Source: Callorhinchus milii (lineage: Eukaryota). Taken from it: DNA of 64,000 bases. The translations under genes and the position numbers were made by a program. The stretch covers positions 26,288,001 through 26,352,000 of the forward strand of contig NW_024704748.1 of the NCBI RefSeq assembly GCF_018977255.1, read 5' to 3'. Under the pieces are notes generated by a model. The model saw only the letters and a list, made by a program, of their open reading frames with translations, made no database searches and had not been told where the DNA came from. Position 1 is the stretch's first letter. Every line of letters begins with the position of its first letter. Below, in pieces: positions 12,561-25,366 of this stretch.

Positions 12561-13859
12561 CTCCAGAGACCTGGATATCCTCAAACTCTCAGGCTTGAGA
12601 GCCTTAAAACCGGCTGCCTAATTAAGACCGAAAATAATTTCTTCTTCGGCCGTGCTCTTAAGAATAAGACCACGAGGAATTTGGAGCCTGTGATGCTTCT
12701 TGCCAATTTCTCTTATTAATTTGTGCAGCCCTTGCACTCAGCCCCTCCCCGATTGAGGCAGAGACGCCGAGACTAAAGTGTGTGGAATCTTACTGTGTGT
12801 GCCTGTAGGCTCCGTTAGTGTGTGTGTCGGGTGTGGGGGGGGGGGGGGAAGCTCACAAATGTAATTGAGTAATGCGGTTGAGGAACTAAAGGAGGTTTAC
12901 TTGTAATGAGGGTGTTTTTCTGAGAGTTTGGTTGGTTTGGGGGTGGGGGAGCGGGGAGAGGAGAAGGAATGCATGTAGTAATCTCGCTGAATTGGTGCCC
13001 GTTGCCTAGCAGTTAGTTGCATTGTTCTTTTTATTAAACAGACAAGCACTCCATCGCCGAGCAATTCTGCCTGAGGCTTGCCTGGAAGAGCTCGTTCCCA
13101 GCTCTGCTCTGTTCCGCGTAGCCTTACCCGGGCTGCGAAGGCTTGCGCTTTCAACACGGGTGCCCCTCTTGCATGGCATTGAGTTAGCGCCGCGTAAAAC
13201 ACAGACCCGAACTACCGAGTAGCAGCGACGGAGGCAAATTCTTTCAATTCTGGCTTTCAATCTCACACAGCAGTTCCTTTCAATGAAACTCCTTTCTGCG
13301 GTCAAACATTCAGTAGGACTTCATAATTAGCACCGCCAGCCAGATTGCCCTTACTTCTATGCACCGGTTTTGCTTTATATATGAGGCATCTGTAATACGT
13401 TGAGGAAGTCTGGCACGAGGTCTGTGAAATACACCTTCATACTTATGAAGCAAGTTCCCGCAAGTCTCAGCATTTTTCTCGGTGCAATGTGTGCTCCGAA
13501 GGCCGATCTTACGCAGTAAATTCACCGGGTAAAAAAAAAAATGCGTTAGAAAGCCTCTTTTTGTAATTAAATGCGTTTTTTTTCAAAAAAAAAGTATTAA
13601 AAATAAAAAGTTGTAACGTGGTGTAAGTTTTTTTTAAAAAAAAAGATGATGAAATGTTTCTGGTTTTGTCTTCTCTTTCCCCCCTCCTCCCCCCTCCCCA
13701 CCACCCCATCCTCCCTCCCCGCCCCCCCCACCACCACCCATCCTCCCCCACCACCCCCTGGTACGCGCACACACACGTTTGCGCTTTAGAAACAAAATGT
13801 GTGTAATGAGGCTTCTGTTTTTGGAGCATTGACTTGTTAAGCCCGTATTGTGTATGATT

Positions 13860-14230
13860 GAAACTGAAGACTAGTGAAGACAATTCATCTTAGCAAGCAG
13901 TGTGGGAGCTGGGCACAGCCCGGCTTACTGAAGCAGATGTTGACATGCGGGGCAGTCCGAGAACTAATTGTTGTTTGAATTACCCGTTATGATATGATGA
14001 CAAATCTGCAGCGTTTCGTTCCTGCCACTGGAGCAGAAAATGTAGCTTGAATTGAAATGATGTTAGCAAGTGTAAACTGTATTTCAACAAGATGGATAAA
14101 TGCAATTATTGAGGGGACCTGTAGAGAGAAAATCCATTTAAATCTCGTAATGTTAAGCAGAACACTGGTTAATTCATTTGGGCCAATTTGCAGGTGATAT
14201 ACGAGTGTCGGTACACATTAGTCAAAGGGG
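13860..14230. promoter_or_regulatory. Candidate conserved non-coding element
   Basis: Repeat-free, high-complexity sequence with multiple TAAT/ATTA, CAGATG and TGACA motifs. Conservation not tested. Confidence 0.35.
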
Positions 14231-16949
14231 TGGGGGGGGGGGAATGGATGTGCTAAGAGTGATTGGATGCGCTGAAGCAGATGTTGCTATTTCTTGCTGG
14301 GACCTTGGCCTCGCGTGCTGAGCAGTTTCAGCTCCTGGTACAAATGGGTTTGGCCGGTTCAAATGACAAAAAGATGCACCGACTAATATTTGCAGGAGCA
14401 GCGCAGTGTAGACGCAGCAACAAGAACTGCATCAGTCGCAACGAAGCGGTGATGTCACTTAACTGGTATCGATGGGCCAAGTAGTAATATTCCCCTCTTT
14501 CCCCTCCCACCCCAAAGCTGCCGCACAATGGAGGCCCCGCGTCTCGTTAGCATTTCTTCGTCCTCTTTCGCGGTTGACCGAATGACATTTCGGGAGGGGC
14601 TTAAAACTCGACACGCAGTTGGGACGTTGCCGTGCTCGTCTGGTCTCTTGAATACAGGCGGCAAATAATAATAATAATAATACAACGACGGGGTTTAGAA
14701 GTTGTAGGTCCCAAATCGACGGCCTGGTTTGTGGTTATTCCTGGGAAACGTATCCCCTCAGTGACCACAGCACGTTTGTCCGGCTGACGATCAGTCCTCC
14801 TTTTACCCGCGTCTTTTGGTTTGAAGCTGTTAAAAAGAATTACAAACTTCGAAGCCCGCTGACAAAATGCACAGTTGCGACATCGCAGGAAATGCTGTGA
14901 AGCGCCTTTGAAACCTTTTTTCCGACGTGAAATGCGAGCTAGCAAATGCAAGGATTACGAATCCATCATTATTAGAAGTTGGAAGGCTTTCAGACTATTT
15001 CATTTTACTGCTCGATATCGCACCACCATTTGAGTGCTTAAAACTGTCATTTAATCAGCTTTCTCCTGGTTTATTACTATTATTTTATTATATCTCGTCT
15101 ATTTTGCCGTTTTGGTGTGTGCGTGCATCTGTGTGTCTGTGTGTGCATCTGTGTCTGTGTGTGTGTGCGACATGTACTTGATGTCTTTGCTTTTCTTTGG
15201 CACTGTGCACAGGTTAATGTAGTCTTTCATGCCCCAACAGTCATTCAGCTTAACCTAAAGCTTTTCATTTGTGCTTCATAATTATTTGTGGCTTCCTTCC
15301 ACTATTCCCCTCCCCGCCCCCATCATTTAAATAACTTTTTTTGAGGCTTGAATTGCCTTTACGTTGCAGTGCAATTACTTGCTCTTCTCCCCTCCACCCC
15401 CCGTAAGTGGTTTCTTTTTCCCTCATCCCCTTATGAAGTTTTCCACAGGGGTGCAAAATACTTCTGTACTTTATTGTCCTTTTTAAAAGATTGCAAACAA
15501 AAACAAATCTAGACGTGATTATATGAGGTTACTTGGAGGGGGAGAGGGAGAGACCTTAAATGTTGAACGCAGATGAAACACAAACCACCAATGTCAAGTG
15601 TCGGGTTTCTGTGTTCAGATTTGTCGGTGCGTTACTGTAGAGTTGTATAGCCACATCATACGGTGACCTTTTTATCAGTGTTGGGGATGATATGAGTTTG
15701 CCCGCTATGGTTAGAGGCTTGGTTTGTGGTTTAGTCTGTAAAGTAGTCTATTAATCCCCGATTTATGCAGTAATGACATTGTCGATGTGGTTTTATTTTA
15801 TAATGTATATAAATAACAGTGCCTGCAGACAAAGGTGCCTTTCTCTGTGGCTGGTGTCAAACACTGCAATATAATTTCTCTATTTTCACTCCAGCCTTTC
15901 TTAAAGAAGGTGTCGGATGACGAAAACTATCAACTAAAACTGTCAGATAAAGTCATTGCCTGATAATGGGGTCAGCAACATCAATAAAACGGGGTCACAC
16001 CAATGCGCAATGTTTCTACTGAGCTGTCCTGATAACAGGAGCCTGTTATACCATTTTATTATCGAAAAGGTACCAAAGTAATGCATCCAAATTTTCCCAA
16101 CACCAGTCAGAATTTCCAAATCTTTTTCTGTGAGACTTTGATTGTTGCAGTTTTGTGTTAAGTTTGACGTTTGCTTGTTTTGTTTGTTGGTTTGTTTGCT
16201 TGCTTGCTTTGGTGGCTTTTTGGCATGTGCTCTTACACCAGTTTGTCAACACAAGATTTCACCTTTTAATATCTAATAATCCTTGCATTCGACATAGCGC
16301 CTCATCACGTCTTCGGGATGTCTCGTAGCGCTTAATGAGACCGTAAGAGAAAGCAAGTCTAGGTTTAGATTGACCTGATCACGTTTTAAGTGGACTTAAA
16401 TATGTGTTTTTTTAAAAAAACTGGTCAGTAATATTTATGGTTGATACAACCTCAAAGTCCCAGATTGCTTAATTGGGACTCTGGCAGCAAAGATACCCAA
16501 CTCCCTTCGGATGACCTGTGTCAGGTCACCGCTTTCTGTTCCAGTGTGACCACATTTCACACCTTTTGTGTTTCTCTTTGTACTCCATTGTAAACCTGCT
16601 TCCTCTTTTCCAGATTGTTTTGGATTTGTGTGGGTTTTGGGGCTTCCTGTTTGTTGTAATGTGTTGGTTTGGGCGAGTGCCCTTGACGACATTGGTTGGG
16701 GCCATTGTTCGCTGCCTTGGCAAAACCGTTTGGCGCTCCGGGTGAAGGCTTTCATGGAGCCAACAGGTCCGAGCCTTTTCCTAATCCAACGCCACGGGTT
16801 CCAGTTACGTTGGTGCAAAGCAACAAAACAGATCTTCCTTCCACAGTCCCTTTACGCCTGTGTTTTCCGACTGCGTTAATTGCACGAGCCTTGCGGTAAA
16901 ATTTTGCACGGGGTTTTGTGCAAGTCGAGTGGCAATTGTGCCCCTCCGT

Positions 16950-17389
16950 ACCCCCAGTCCACACCAGGCTCCACTTGGCTCCCAATAACCGAACAGATCG
17001 ATTTCAAGATCCTCTCGCTCGTTTTCAAATCCCTTCATTCCCTTGCACCTCCCTCCCTCTCTGATTTACTTACCCTTTCCCCACTCCACCACCCGCTCAA
17101 CTGGCTCCGTCCGGCCTCCTGTTTGTCCGTCGTCCCCTCCGCTCCACCATTGGTGGCCGTGCCTTCAGCCTCTGCGCCCCAAAACTCTGGAACTGTCCCT
17201 CAATCCCTCCGTCTTGCCCCCTCCCTCCCCACCTTCAAATCTCGCCTAAAGATCTTACTCTTTGACCGTGCCTATGATCGCCTCCCCCCTCCCTCTCCCC
17301 CTGGCTCAGGGTCAGACTCCGTCACTCTCAAGCGCTCGGGGACACTACCCCATGTGAAGGGCGCTGTGTAAATGCAAGTTGTTGTTGTT
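16950..17389 (+). mobile_element. LINE-2 (L2 clade) 3' end: ORF2 C-terminus remnant, 3' UTR stem-loop and (GTT)n tail
   Basis: WLPITEQIDFKILSLVFKSLHSLAPPSLSDLL...GGRAFS..APKLWN (frameshifted)...SLRLAPSLPTFKSRLKILLFDRAY is the typical L2 ORF2 C-terminus. Tail aagggcgctgtgtaaatgcaa(gtt)n. Confidence 0.9.
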
Positions 17390-20300
17390 CTGAGCTGGCC
17401 TTCTGTGGTGAACTTTCATTTAATTGCCTGTGTTTTTTTTGGGCTCTGTTATTTAGTGGGTTTTCTTGTCCTCTCTGCAAATGGTTGTGAACATGATACA
17501 AAGGACAATCGGTGCATTAATGCTGAAATCTGGGGCGGATGGTCATGGGGGAAGTATCCATGAGCTGGTAGTCTTCGATTCACCCCAGGCTTTTCTGCAG
17601 AAACTCTCTTCTGTCTTTTCCAAGAGAGGATTTTCTTGCAGTTCAATTAAAAGTTGGCTTTTGTTTGAAAATCCATTCTCATTATATGTAGCAAAACAAG
17701 ATATTTCTCTAAAAATTCTAATCCTGGTTAGATTTGCTCTTCCCCCTCACCCCCACATTGTTTTACAAAAGTTTAAAGAGCCTTTGAGAATTCCTTAATT
17801 CAATGTATTTTCCCCCCCGCCCCTCCCCCTCCCCGATATTAAAAATAAGTTGCGGTGTTAATTTTAATGCTGGTTTAAATGCATTGAAATGCTTGGGTTA
17901 AGATTGTGTATTTTAGCATCTTGGCTGCGATTGCGTTCTGCTGTTTGCTCAGGACCTCTGGCGAGCGAGGGAAATTTTAGTTCAGAAAACAGTAACGGCT
18001 GATTTCATTTGTATTTGCTTATTTGCCTTTCCAGTCCCGTGCTCGAGTTAATGCTGCGTCCCAGTTCATTGTTCGGGAAACGGAGCCTTGCTCTGTCTCG
18101 GCCGGGTGCAGGAAGATCTTATTTACTACATCGCTGTTGGCAGGACAGCAAGGGGCAATCTGGAGCACATTATGATTTATTGTGATTTATGAATTGTTGC
18201 TGGGGACCTGAGGCCTCGTAAATTGTGAACCCTTTCCCTAATTGTTTACAGAGGCTGCTGGCAAACTGGTCAGTGCTTGTAGCTGAGCGGCTGGGTGTAC
18301 GTTCCCTTTGGAATTTGGGAGGTTAGATTGCTCCTTTAAAGAGTGCATCAGATAGACATTGTTAGCATTGTTCGCTCTCCTGCGCAAAGATGGTTGTAAA
18401 GTTTTAATGTACAATGTTGGAACGTGACTCGGACATTTGTCTAGGCCATGTTCAAACCGCTGAAGGAAGATTGCACAATAATTTACCGTGCACGGGCAGC
18501 AGGGAGAACCTGGACTCTATATTTCTCTGAATATATTGGGGGGGGGGGGGGGGCGGTGGTGGGGAAGGGGGAAGAGAGAGACCAAAATCCAGATTTTGTT
18601 GAAATCTTGGGGATATCCTACCTCTGTTAATATCGCAATCGCAGCGTGTGGGCATGTGTTTTTAATCAAACTGAGCACTTACGTTTTGATTCAATAAGCG
18701 TGTTCCAAGTCTGGTTACTTGATTCCTTCTCTCGAAACTCCTTAAAGAGGGTGCCTTTAAGATATCTCTCATCTATTTGGTGTAAGCATTCAGTTGGTGA
18801 TGCAGCAGACAGCGGGGATAGGGTTAATGAGGTCTAACCTTTTTTGCTGGTGTGGCAGTCAGTTGTCTGTTTTTGTCATCGCTTCACAGAGGGGAATTGA
18901 ATCTCAGTAATTGGTAATGTGACTGGCACACATTCAAAACCAAGAGGTATTTGCCATCCAGTCATTAGAAGCACACAGTGGGTAATGTGAGGCTGAAAAC
19001 AGTGAGGGTTCAGTACTTGGAGAGACTGCTGGTTCTGTTTTGAAGATAACTTTGTGTACTTCAGTGAATCTGACGGAGACGGTACTCTCAGTAGCCTGCA
19101 TTTATATCCCGACTGTAATTTGGGGCTTCGAAACCACGTTTCCAAAAAAAAAAACGAATCCTCTCTGAGCTGGGATTGCATGGGAATCCTGCAACCTGGA
19201 ATGCCTGGAATTTCATTCCTGGAAAGTCCGCACTGAGATCCAGTTAGAATAAGCAGATGGGAATTCGGAACGATTTTTTCAACAAAAAAAGTTAAGATAA
19301 AGTTACGAGTTGGTGTTCGCGCAAGTATTTAGTGGCGTTGTGCAGGACGCTGCCAGACTGGAAAGCCCAGTTGGGGTGTAGTTGGGTTTGTATTGGTACT
19401 AAAAGGTGCAGGACACCACACAGAAGTAAAGGAAGAGCGTGAGAGGCCCTGATGTGAAACCTTTCAGCCCAGCGTCCAACTTTGAAAGTGAGACCTGTCC
19501 TCTGAATTTTTGTCCTGATAGATATAGCTAATTATTATTTTTTTGGGGTCAGCCGGGTGGGTGCCTGACTCATGCGGAAACCCATCACCGTGTGCTCAAG
19601 TGCATCCAAACCAAGCCGAGATTTCCGCGCCTCCCCAACTTTATTTTTATTCCGAAACCAATGCACTATTTCCCAGGAAATTGCTAAATGTTCCTTTAAG
19701 AGTTTGATTTGAATCCCAAGTCAAAAAAAAAATTGGGTGGGTGGGAGGGAGAGAAAGGAATGTATTGACCTTGCAAGTTTCCATTGAAATCTTGTAGATT
19801 CATTGCTGTCGAAATCCACCTAAATTCCCGCTCTTCCGTACGCCGGTTGGGATTCCGCCCGCTTTCCGTTCTAAAACCCAAATTAACAGCGATCTGGATC
19901 AGTGTTCTCATGGGTCTATCTGACTGTGGGATTAGCTTTCGTTCTCGTGCCAGTCAATCTCGTTTGATTTCTTTCGAGTCTTATCAAAAAAATCATAGTA
20001 AAGCCCCCCCCCCCCCCCCCCCACAGCAGGTCAGTGACGTGAAGGCTGTGCCCAAACCACACGCCCTGAGCCAGGCCCAACTTCTTAAAGTCAGTTTTCC
20101 AAAGACACCGTCAAGATACTGAAATCTCTTTAAAAGTGCCGGGTGCAAGATTTGGTTGCGATTGACACGTTTGAATCGGTCTTCTTTTGCGTTAGAGAAG
20201 AGAGTTTCTCCTGGTGTCCTGGGATCAACAATATTACTCTCCTCCCTTCACCTCCGCCTCCACCCCATAAGACTTGTCAATCGCTTCATGACTGTTTATC

Positions 20301-21543
20301 GGACGTTGCTTCTCATAAATGGGTTGCTCAACTCCAATTCGCCTACAAATAAAGTCACTACTCTTTGCAGGCAATCCCGTGAAGAGCTTTGAGACGTTCT
20401 TCTGGCATGAAAGGTGCTATACCAGATGCAAGGATTGTGAAGTTGGAATAGTTTTTTTGTGTGTGTGACATGGAGCAATCGCTGTTATTTCATGCGAGAG
20501 ACAGAGCAGGCTCTGTGTCCACAGAGCTGACTTTATTGCAAAACCGTTTTTTTTTTGAAAAATTGTTTAGTTTACCTATTTACAAAGGTTTCAACTTCAG
20601 TGTGTTTCTTTTAATGAGCTTCTCCTAGTCTAGCATTCCTCGCTCTCTTTCTGTCTCTGTCTGTCTCTGGTTAAACCTTTTGATGCAGGTACGCTACAAA
20701 GAGCCATAGTTTGAAGTGGACTTGTTGCCATGGAGAAGATTGAAGGTCTTGCACTGTGCTAAACCTTCCACCTATAATGGCCAGAACCTGCAGTACAGGG
20801 GAGGGGGAGAGAGAAGAAAGTGTTGGTGTGTGCGTGTAGCGGGGGTGGGGGCAGAAAATGGAGATTTGAACGCTGCTATTTGGGAAATGAAGTCTTGCAC
20901 AAAATCAGAACATCATCGGTTGGGCTGGAGGTGGGAGGAGATTCCAAAGCCATTTCCATTCAAATTAATCAACTGCACTAATTGGGTTATTCGAACCAGA
21001 CAAATTACAGCCTCCTCCAGGATGATTTGTGACCACAGCAGAAGTTGTAATTGGGGTTGGGGGAGTGTGTGTGTGTGTAACGTGGAAAAAAGGCCTTCTG
21101 GCAAGTCCAGACCGTAGAGCTTTTAGCGAAGAGAAAAGCTGACATCAAGCTCGCTGCCTCCTCTCGCCTCTTTCCCTCCATTCTTCCCCTCCACCTGCCC
21201 CCCCCCCCCCCCCCCCCCCCACCCCACAGACACACACACTCTTCCTGGCTGCCTTACCTAAAGTCTGATAGCTTGGAACAAGAGGGTGTCTCTCAGCTCT
21301 GTTAATTCCTCAGTTGATGCCAGGCTAACGTCACAGGCTCGAGATTGAACCGGGCACCTTCGGTCATTACTCTGTGTGTGTGGCTCAGAGCAACATTGGC
21401 TGGAACATTTATTTTCTGAGTTATAGGCGACTGACTGACCCTTTCTAGATAATTTTTTAGGGTGAATTTTTCTTTTGAGGGAGGCGGGATGGAGTGGGGG
21501 GCAGAGACGCTTGTGAATAGAGATTGAGAGAAAGAGAGAGAGC

Positions 21544-22095
21544 CATAAGACGTAGGAGCAGGAGTAGACCATTTGGCTCCTCAAACCTGCCCCGCCATTT
21601 AATAAGATCATGGCTGATCTTCTAACCTAATTACATTTACCTGCCCTATTCCCATATCCCTTAATTTCTATATCCTTTAGAAATCTATCAACCTCAGTCT
21701 TCAGTATGTTCCAAGGGCTGAGCATCCACAGCCTCTGGGGTAGAGAATTCCACAAATTCACTACCCTCTGAGTGAAGAAATGTTTCCTCAACTCAGTTCG
21801 AAGAGGCTGACCCTTAATCTTGAGACTATGAACCCTAGTTTTAGATTCTCTAACCAAACAGTCCCTCACTATCTACCATGTCAAGACCTGTAAGAATCTT
21901 ACAGGTTTCTATAAGATCACCTCTAATTCTTCTATATTCTAGAGAATATAGGCCTAGTTTACTCAACCTCTCCTCATAGGTCAAACTCCACATCCCAGGA
22001 ACCAACCTAGTGAATCTACGCTGCACCCCCTCTAAGGCGAGTATGTCCTTTCTTAAATAAGGAGACCAAAACTGCACACAATATTCTAGGTGTGG
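21544..22095 (-). mobile_element. CR1 LINE 3' end (ORF2 C-terminal remnant, frameshifted, plus 3' UTR)
   Basis: PHLEYCVQFWSPYLRKDILALEGVQRRFTRLVPGM..LGLYSLEYRRIRGDLIE and TRVHSLKI..RKHFFTQRVVNLWNSLP are hallmark CR1 motifs. Tail ...ctactcctgctcctacgtcttatg. Confidence 0.95.
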
Positions 22096-22710
22096 GGAGA
22101 AAATGCGCTGAGTTGAGAGAGGGGTGGATAACATTAGGTGGAGGAATTCAAGCGACCAATTCTGAGCGCAGGCTTGAAGTCTGCCCACGAGACCTGTCTG
22201 CTGGGACTCCTTGGTGCTGATTTGAAACACATGAGTCGGCCAGTTGGGATGATTCTCACTTTTCAGAGGTCTGATTCCTGGTTGTTAACCTGGCCCTGTG
22301 CTTTGCTCTGGATTTGGAGCTCCCTTTTCTCTGATTGATATCTCTCTGAATGGCTGTAATTGCAAGTGAGTTCTGCTGGACGCTTGCAATCTGCCTCTTC
22401 CAGACTCGAGAGCAAAATGTGAAATAAATACGCTGTGGTTTCTGGATAGCCGGCAAACAGCCGTGAACAAACTTGCATCAAGGGTACAGGGTCTGTATAC
22501 TGTGTACTATACTGGTGCAGTGTTTAGGAATTATCGACTGTTATTTTTCCCTTGGGTTAAAAATGCCGATTTTTTTTTTTAAGGAACCCAGAAGGAGGTT
22601 GTTAAAGCACATCATTCATGTTTTATTTCTTTAAGTTGCTCTTTATACAAAGAAAAATCAGTCCCTCTTTCCAGCTCTTTGCCCCCCACATAGCTGAGGC
22701 TGATAATCCT

Positions 22711-23029
22711 TAATAATAATAATCCTTGCATTTGATATAGCGCTTTTCACGTCGGGAGGACGTCCCAAAGCGCTTCACAGAACACACTGTAAAGTGAATT
22801 GACTGTATATTTGTGGGCGAACGCGGCAGCCAATTGCGCACAGCAATGTCCCACAAACAGTCGTAGATTGAAAATGACCAATTTATTATTGTTTTTGGTT
22901 TTGGAGGGATTATTATTAGGCTCTGTGTGGAGTCAGGAAACTTGCCCAAGGTTTCGCCCTCTGCCTGGAATTGAACTCAGGTCTCTCACTTGCAAAGCGA
23001 GTGCTCTAACCACTGAGCTACAGGACTCC
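22711..23029 (-). mobile_element. SINE family A, short (internally deleted) variant with alternative tail loop
   Basis: Head (gagctacaggactcc) and tail present; lacks about 60 nt of the body; tail loop reads gggacgtcctcccgacgtgaaaagcg on the element strand. Confidence 0.88.
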
Positions 23030-23049
23030 AATTCCGATACCCGATTCCG

Positions 23050-23380
23050 GGCTGGGGTTGTGGTGCTATCCTCCGGATGAAACCTGAAAGCAAGATCCCA
23101 TTTGTGCCTGCTCAAAGTGAACTTGCGTGAAAAAGATCCTGTGGTGCCATTCGAAAAGAGAAGCGAGTTTCTTGCCAGGAGGGTGTTTATCTTGGTGTCC
23201 TGACCAACGATTACACCCCTCGCCCCACCCTCCCCCCACCCCGGATTGAATCGGTTGTTTCACTTCATGACTGTTTTTGTGGGACATTGCTGTGTGCAAA
23301 TTTGCATTCGCCAACAAGAATACACAGTCAATATACTTTACAGTGAATTCTATGATGCACATGAGATGTTGTCTCGAATT
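23050..23380 (+). mobile_element. Degenerate Deu-domain SINE; similar pieces near 20170-20437(+) and 46235-46400(+)
   Basis: gtgctatcctccggatgaaac...aaagatcctgtggtgccattcgaaaagag...tggtgtcctgaccaac...ctgtttttgtgggacattgctgtgtgcaaat. Confidence 0.65.
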
Positions 23381-23895
23381 GCCACAAAATAGTCGCAGCG
23401 CTTTATTACAGTATATTCTGCGAAGCGCTTTGAGGCATTGTGTAAAATGCATGGATTATTATTGGAAAGGCGCTCTATTGTATCAAATATTATTATTAAA
23501 ATCCCTTATTTTTGATTTACTGGGGGGGGGGGAGAGAAAAGAAAACAAACACTGGGAGAATTTTCTTCCAAGCATATTTCTCTCCATATGTATCTCGCTG
23601 TCTATCTCGTAATGAGTGATCTGCATACCAGAGAGGTTAGATTTTTCTCCTTTGATCTTCATTTTTTCATCTCCATCAACATTTTCCGACACTTTTTTCT
23701 CTCTCTCTCTCTCTCTCTCAATCTCCCCCCTCCCCCTCCACCACCCCTCACCACCCCGTCCCACCCTTGCAGATTGAAATCAAGAGGAACTCACCTTCCT
23801 GTTGTATGCAATTTGCAATCCCAGCAATATTTTTAAAAAATATATATATTTTGAATACTCTTCCACCCTCTTCTCCAAAAGTCAAGGTTATAACA

Positions 23896-24209
23896 GTAAT
23901 AATCCTTGCATTTGATTTAGCGCTTATCATGTCTTTGGGACGTCTCAAAGCGCTTCACAGAATATACTGTAAAGTGAACTGACTGTATATTTGTGGACGA
24001 AACGCGGCAGCCAATTGCGCACAGCAGCGTCCCACAAACAGCTGTGGATTGAAGTGACCAATTTTTTTATTATTGTTTTTCATTTCATGAGGGATTATTA
24101 TCAGGCGTGTGGAGTAAGGAAACTTGCCCAAGGTTTCACCCTGCCGGGAATCAAACCCAGGTATCTCGCTTGCAAGACGAGTGCTCTAGGTACTGAGCTA
24201 CAGGATTCC
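23896..24209 (-). mobile_element. SINE family A, short (internally deleted) variant
   Basis: Same internal gap as 22711-23029; head and tail present. Confidence 0.88.
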
Positions 24210-24310
24210 ACTGATTAGCCACTGATCTGTGATTTAAGACTAAGGTGTTCCTTTGGCAAGCAGCGTGTGAGCGAAATCCCAATTTTAACGATTCCAAGTG
24301 TACGATTAAC

Positions 24311-24505
24311 CATAAGAACATAAGAATTTGCTGGCGAAAGAAGACCAAAGTCTACCTTGTTCGCTTTCCACCACCCTGGCGTGTCGTGTCCTAAACTAGC
24401 TAAGAGATTCAAATCAAATCCTTCGGGATCCTCTTAAATCTTGTGCTCCTCTTCTTCCCCCCCCCCCCCACCCACACCCACCTTTAGAAAAGGTTTCAGA
24501 AGGCC
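24311..24505 (-). mobile_element. Probable CR1-type 3' end of another family
   Basis: cataagaacataagaa octamer-repeat tail followed by aagaccaaagtctacc... Confidence 0.5.
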
Positions 24506-24999
24506 TGCCCATGAGTGGCTGTGCCCAGAGTGTGTGTGTGTGTACGGTAATGGGGGTAGGTAGCGCGGGAATGGGGTGAAACGAGACAAATACTGAAAAT
24601 AATGAGAGAAGCATAAAGAATAGCTTGGATTTCTTTCCTTTCCCATCCCCCCCACCCACCCCCATTTCCCGGTTGATTTAGAGTCTGACTAGATTGGACT
24701 GTTTAAGTACTCTGCCTCTTCAAGCCTTCCCCTTTTGGCTTTGTTTTTACATATATCACAGGCTGGCAGTCTCACAGGCTGGGACTTCCCCACACCACAC
24801 TCTGCTGCTTTGATCTGGAGCTTTGGAGGTAACATCAAAAGGATCGTTGAGAAAGCCAGCCACTACTGTGAAGTTCAACGTTCAAGTTGATGGCTCGGTA
24901 GAGGTGGTTGCTAATGCTGACGTACAGATAGATAGGTTGTCAAGGCCTTTTTTTTATTTTGCTAGATACATGCCTTCCTGTTTGCCTTCCTGATCAGTG

Positions 25000-25366
25000 C
25001 AGCCCTGTAACTCAGTGGTTAGAGCACCCGTCTTGCAAGCGAGAGGACCCAGGCTCGATTCCCGAGCTGGGTGAAACCTTAGCCAAGTTTCCTTACTCCA
25101 AACACCTCTGTTTATCTAGCAGTAAGTAGGAATCCGGTTGTTCGTCGATTGGCGGATCGCTTTTCCAGGGGTAATAATCCACTCAAACAAATAATAATTT
25201 GGTCACTCAATCCACGACTGTTTGTGGGACGCTGCTGTGCGCAATTGGCTGCTGTGTTTCGCCGACAAAGCACAGTCAATTCACTTTACAGTATATTCTG
25301 TGAAGCGCTTTGAGACGTCTCGAAGATGTGGTAAGGCGCTGTATCAAATGCAAGGATTATTATTAT
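25000..25366 (+). mobile_element. SINE family A, full length
   Basis: A/B boxes, body, (att)n tail. Confidence 0.92.

Noticed and set aside
13020-13080. Acceptor-like sites at ~13041, ~16613 and ~18034 as extra exons
   Set aside because: An early stop or no strong matching donor, and no homology to known TCF7L2 exons.
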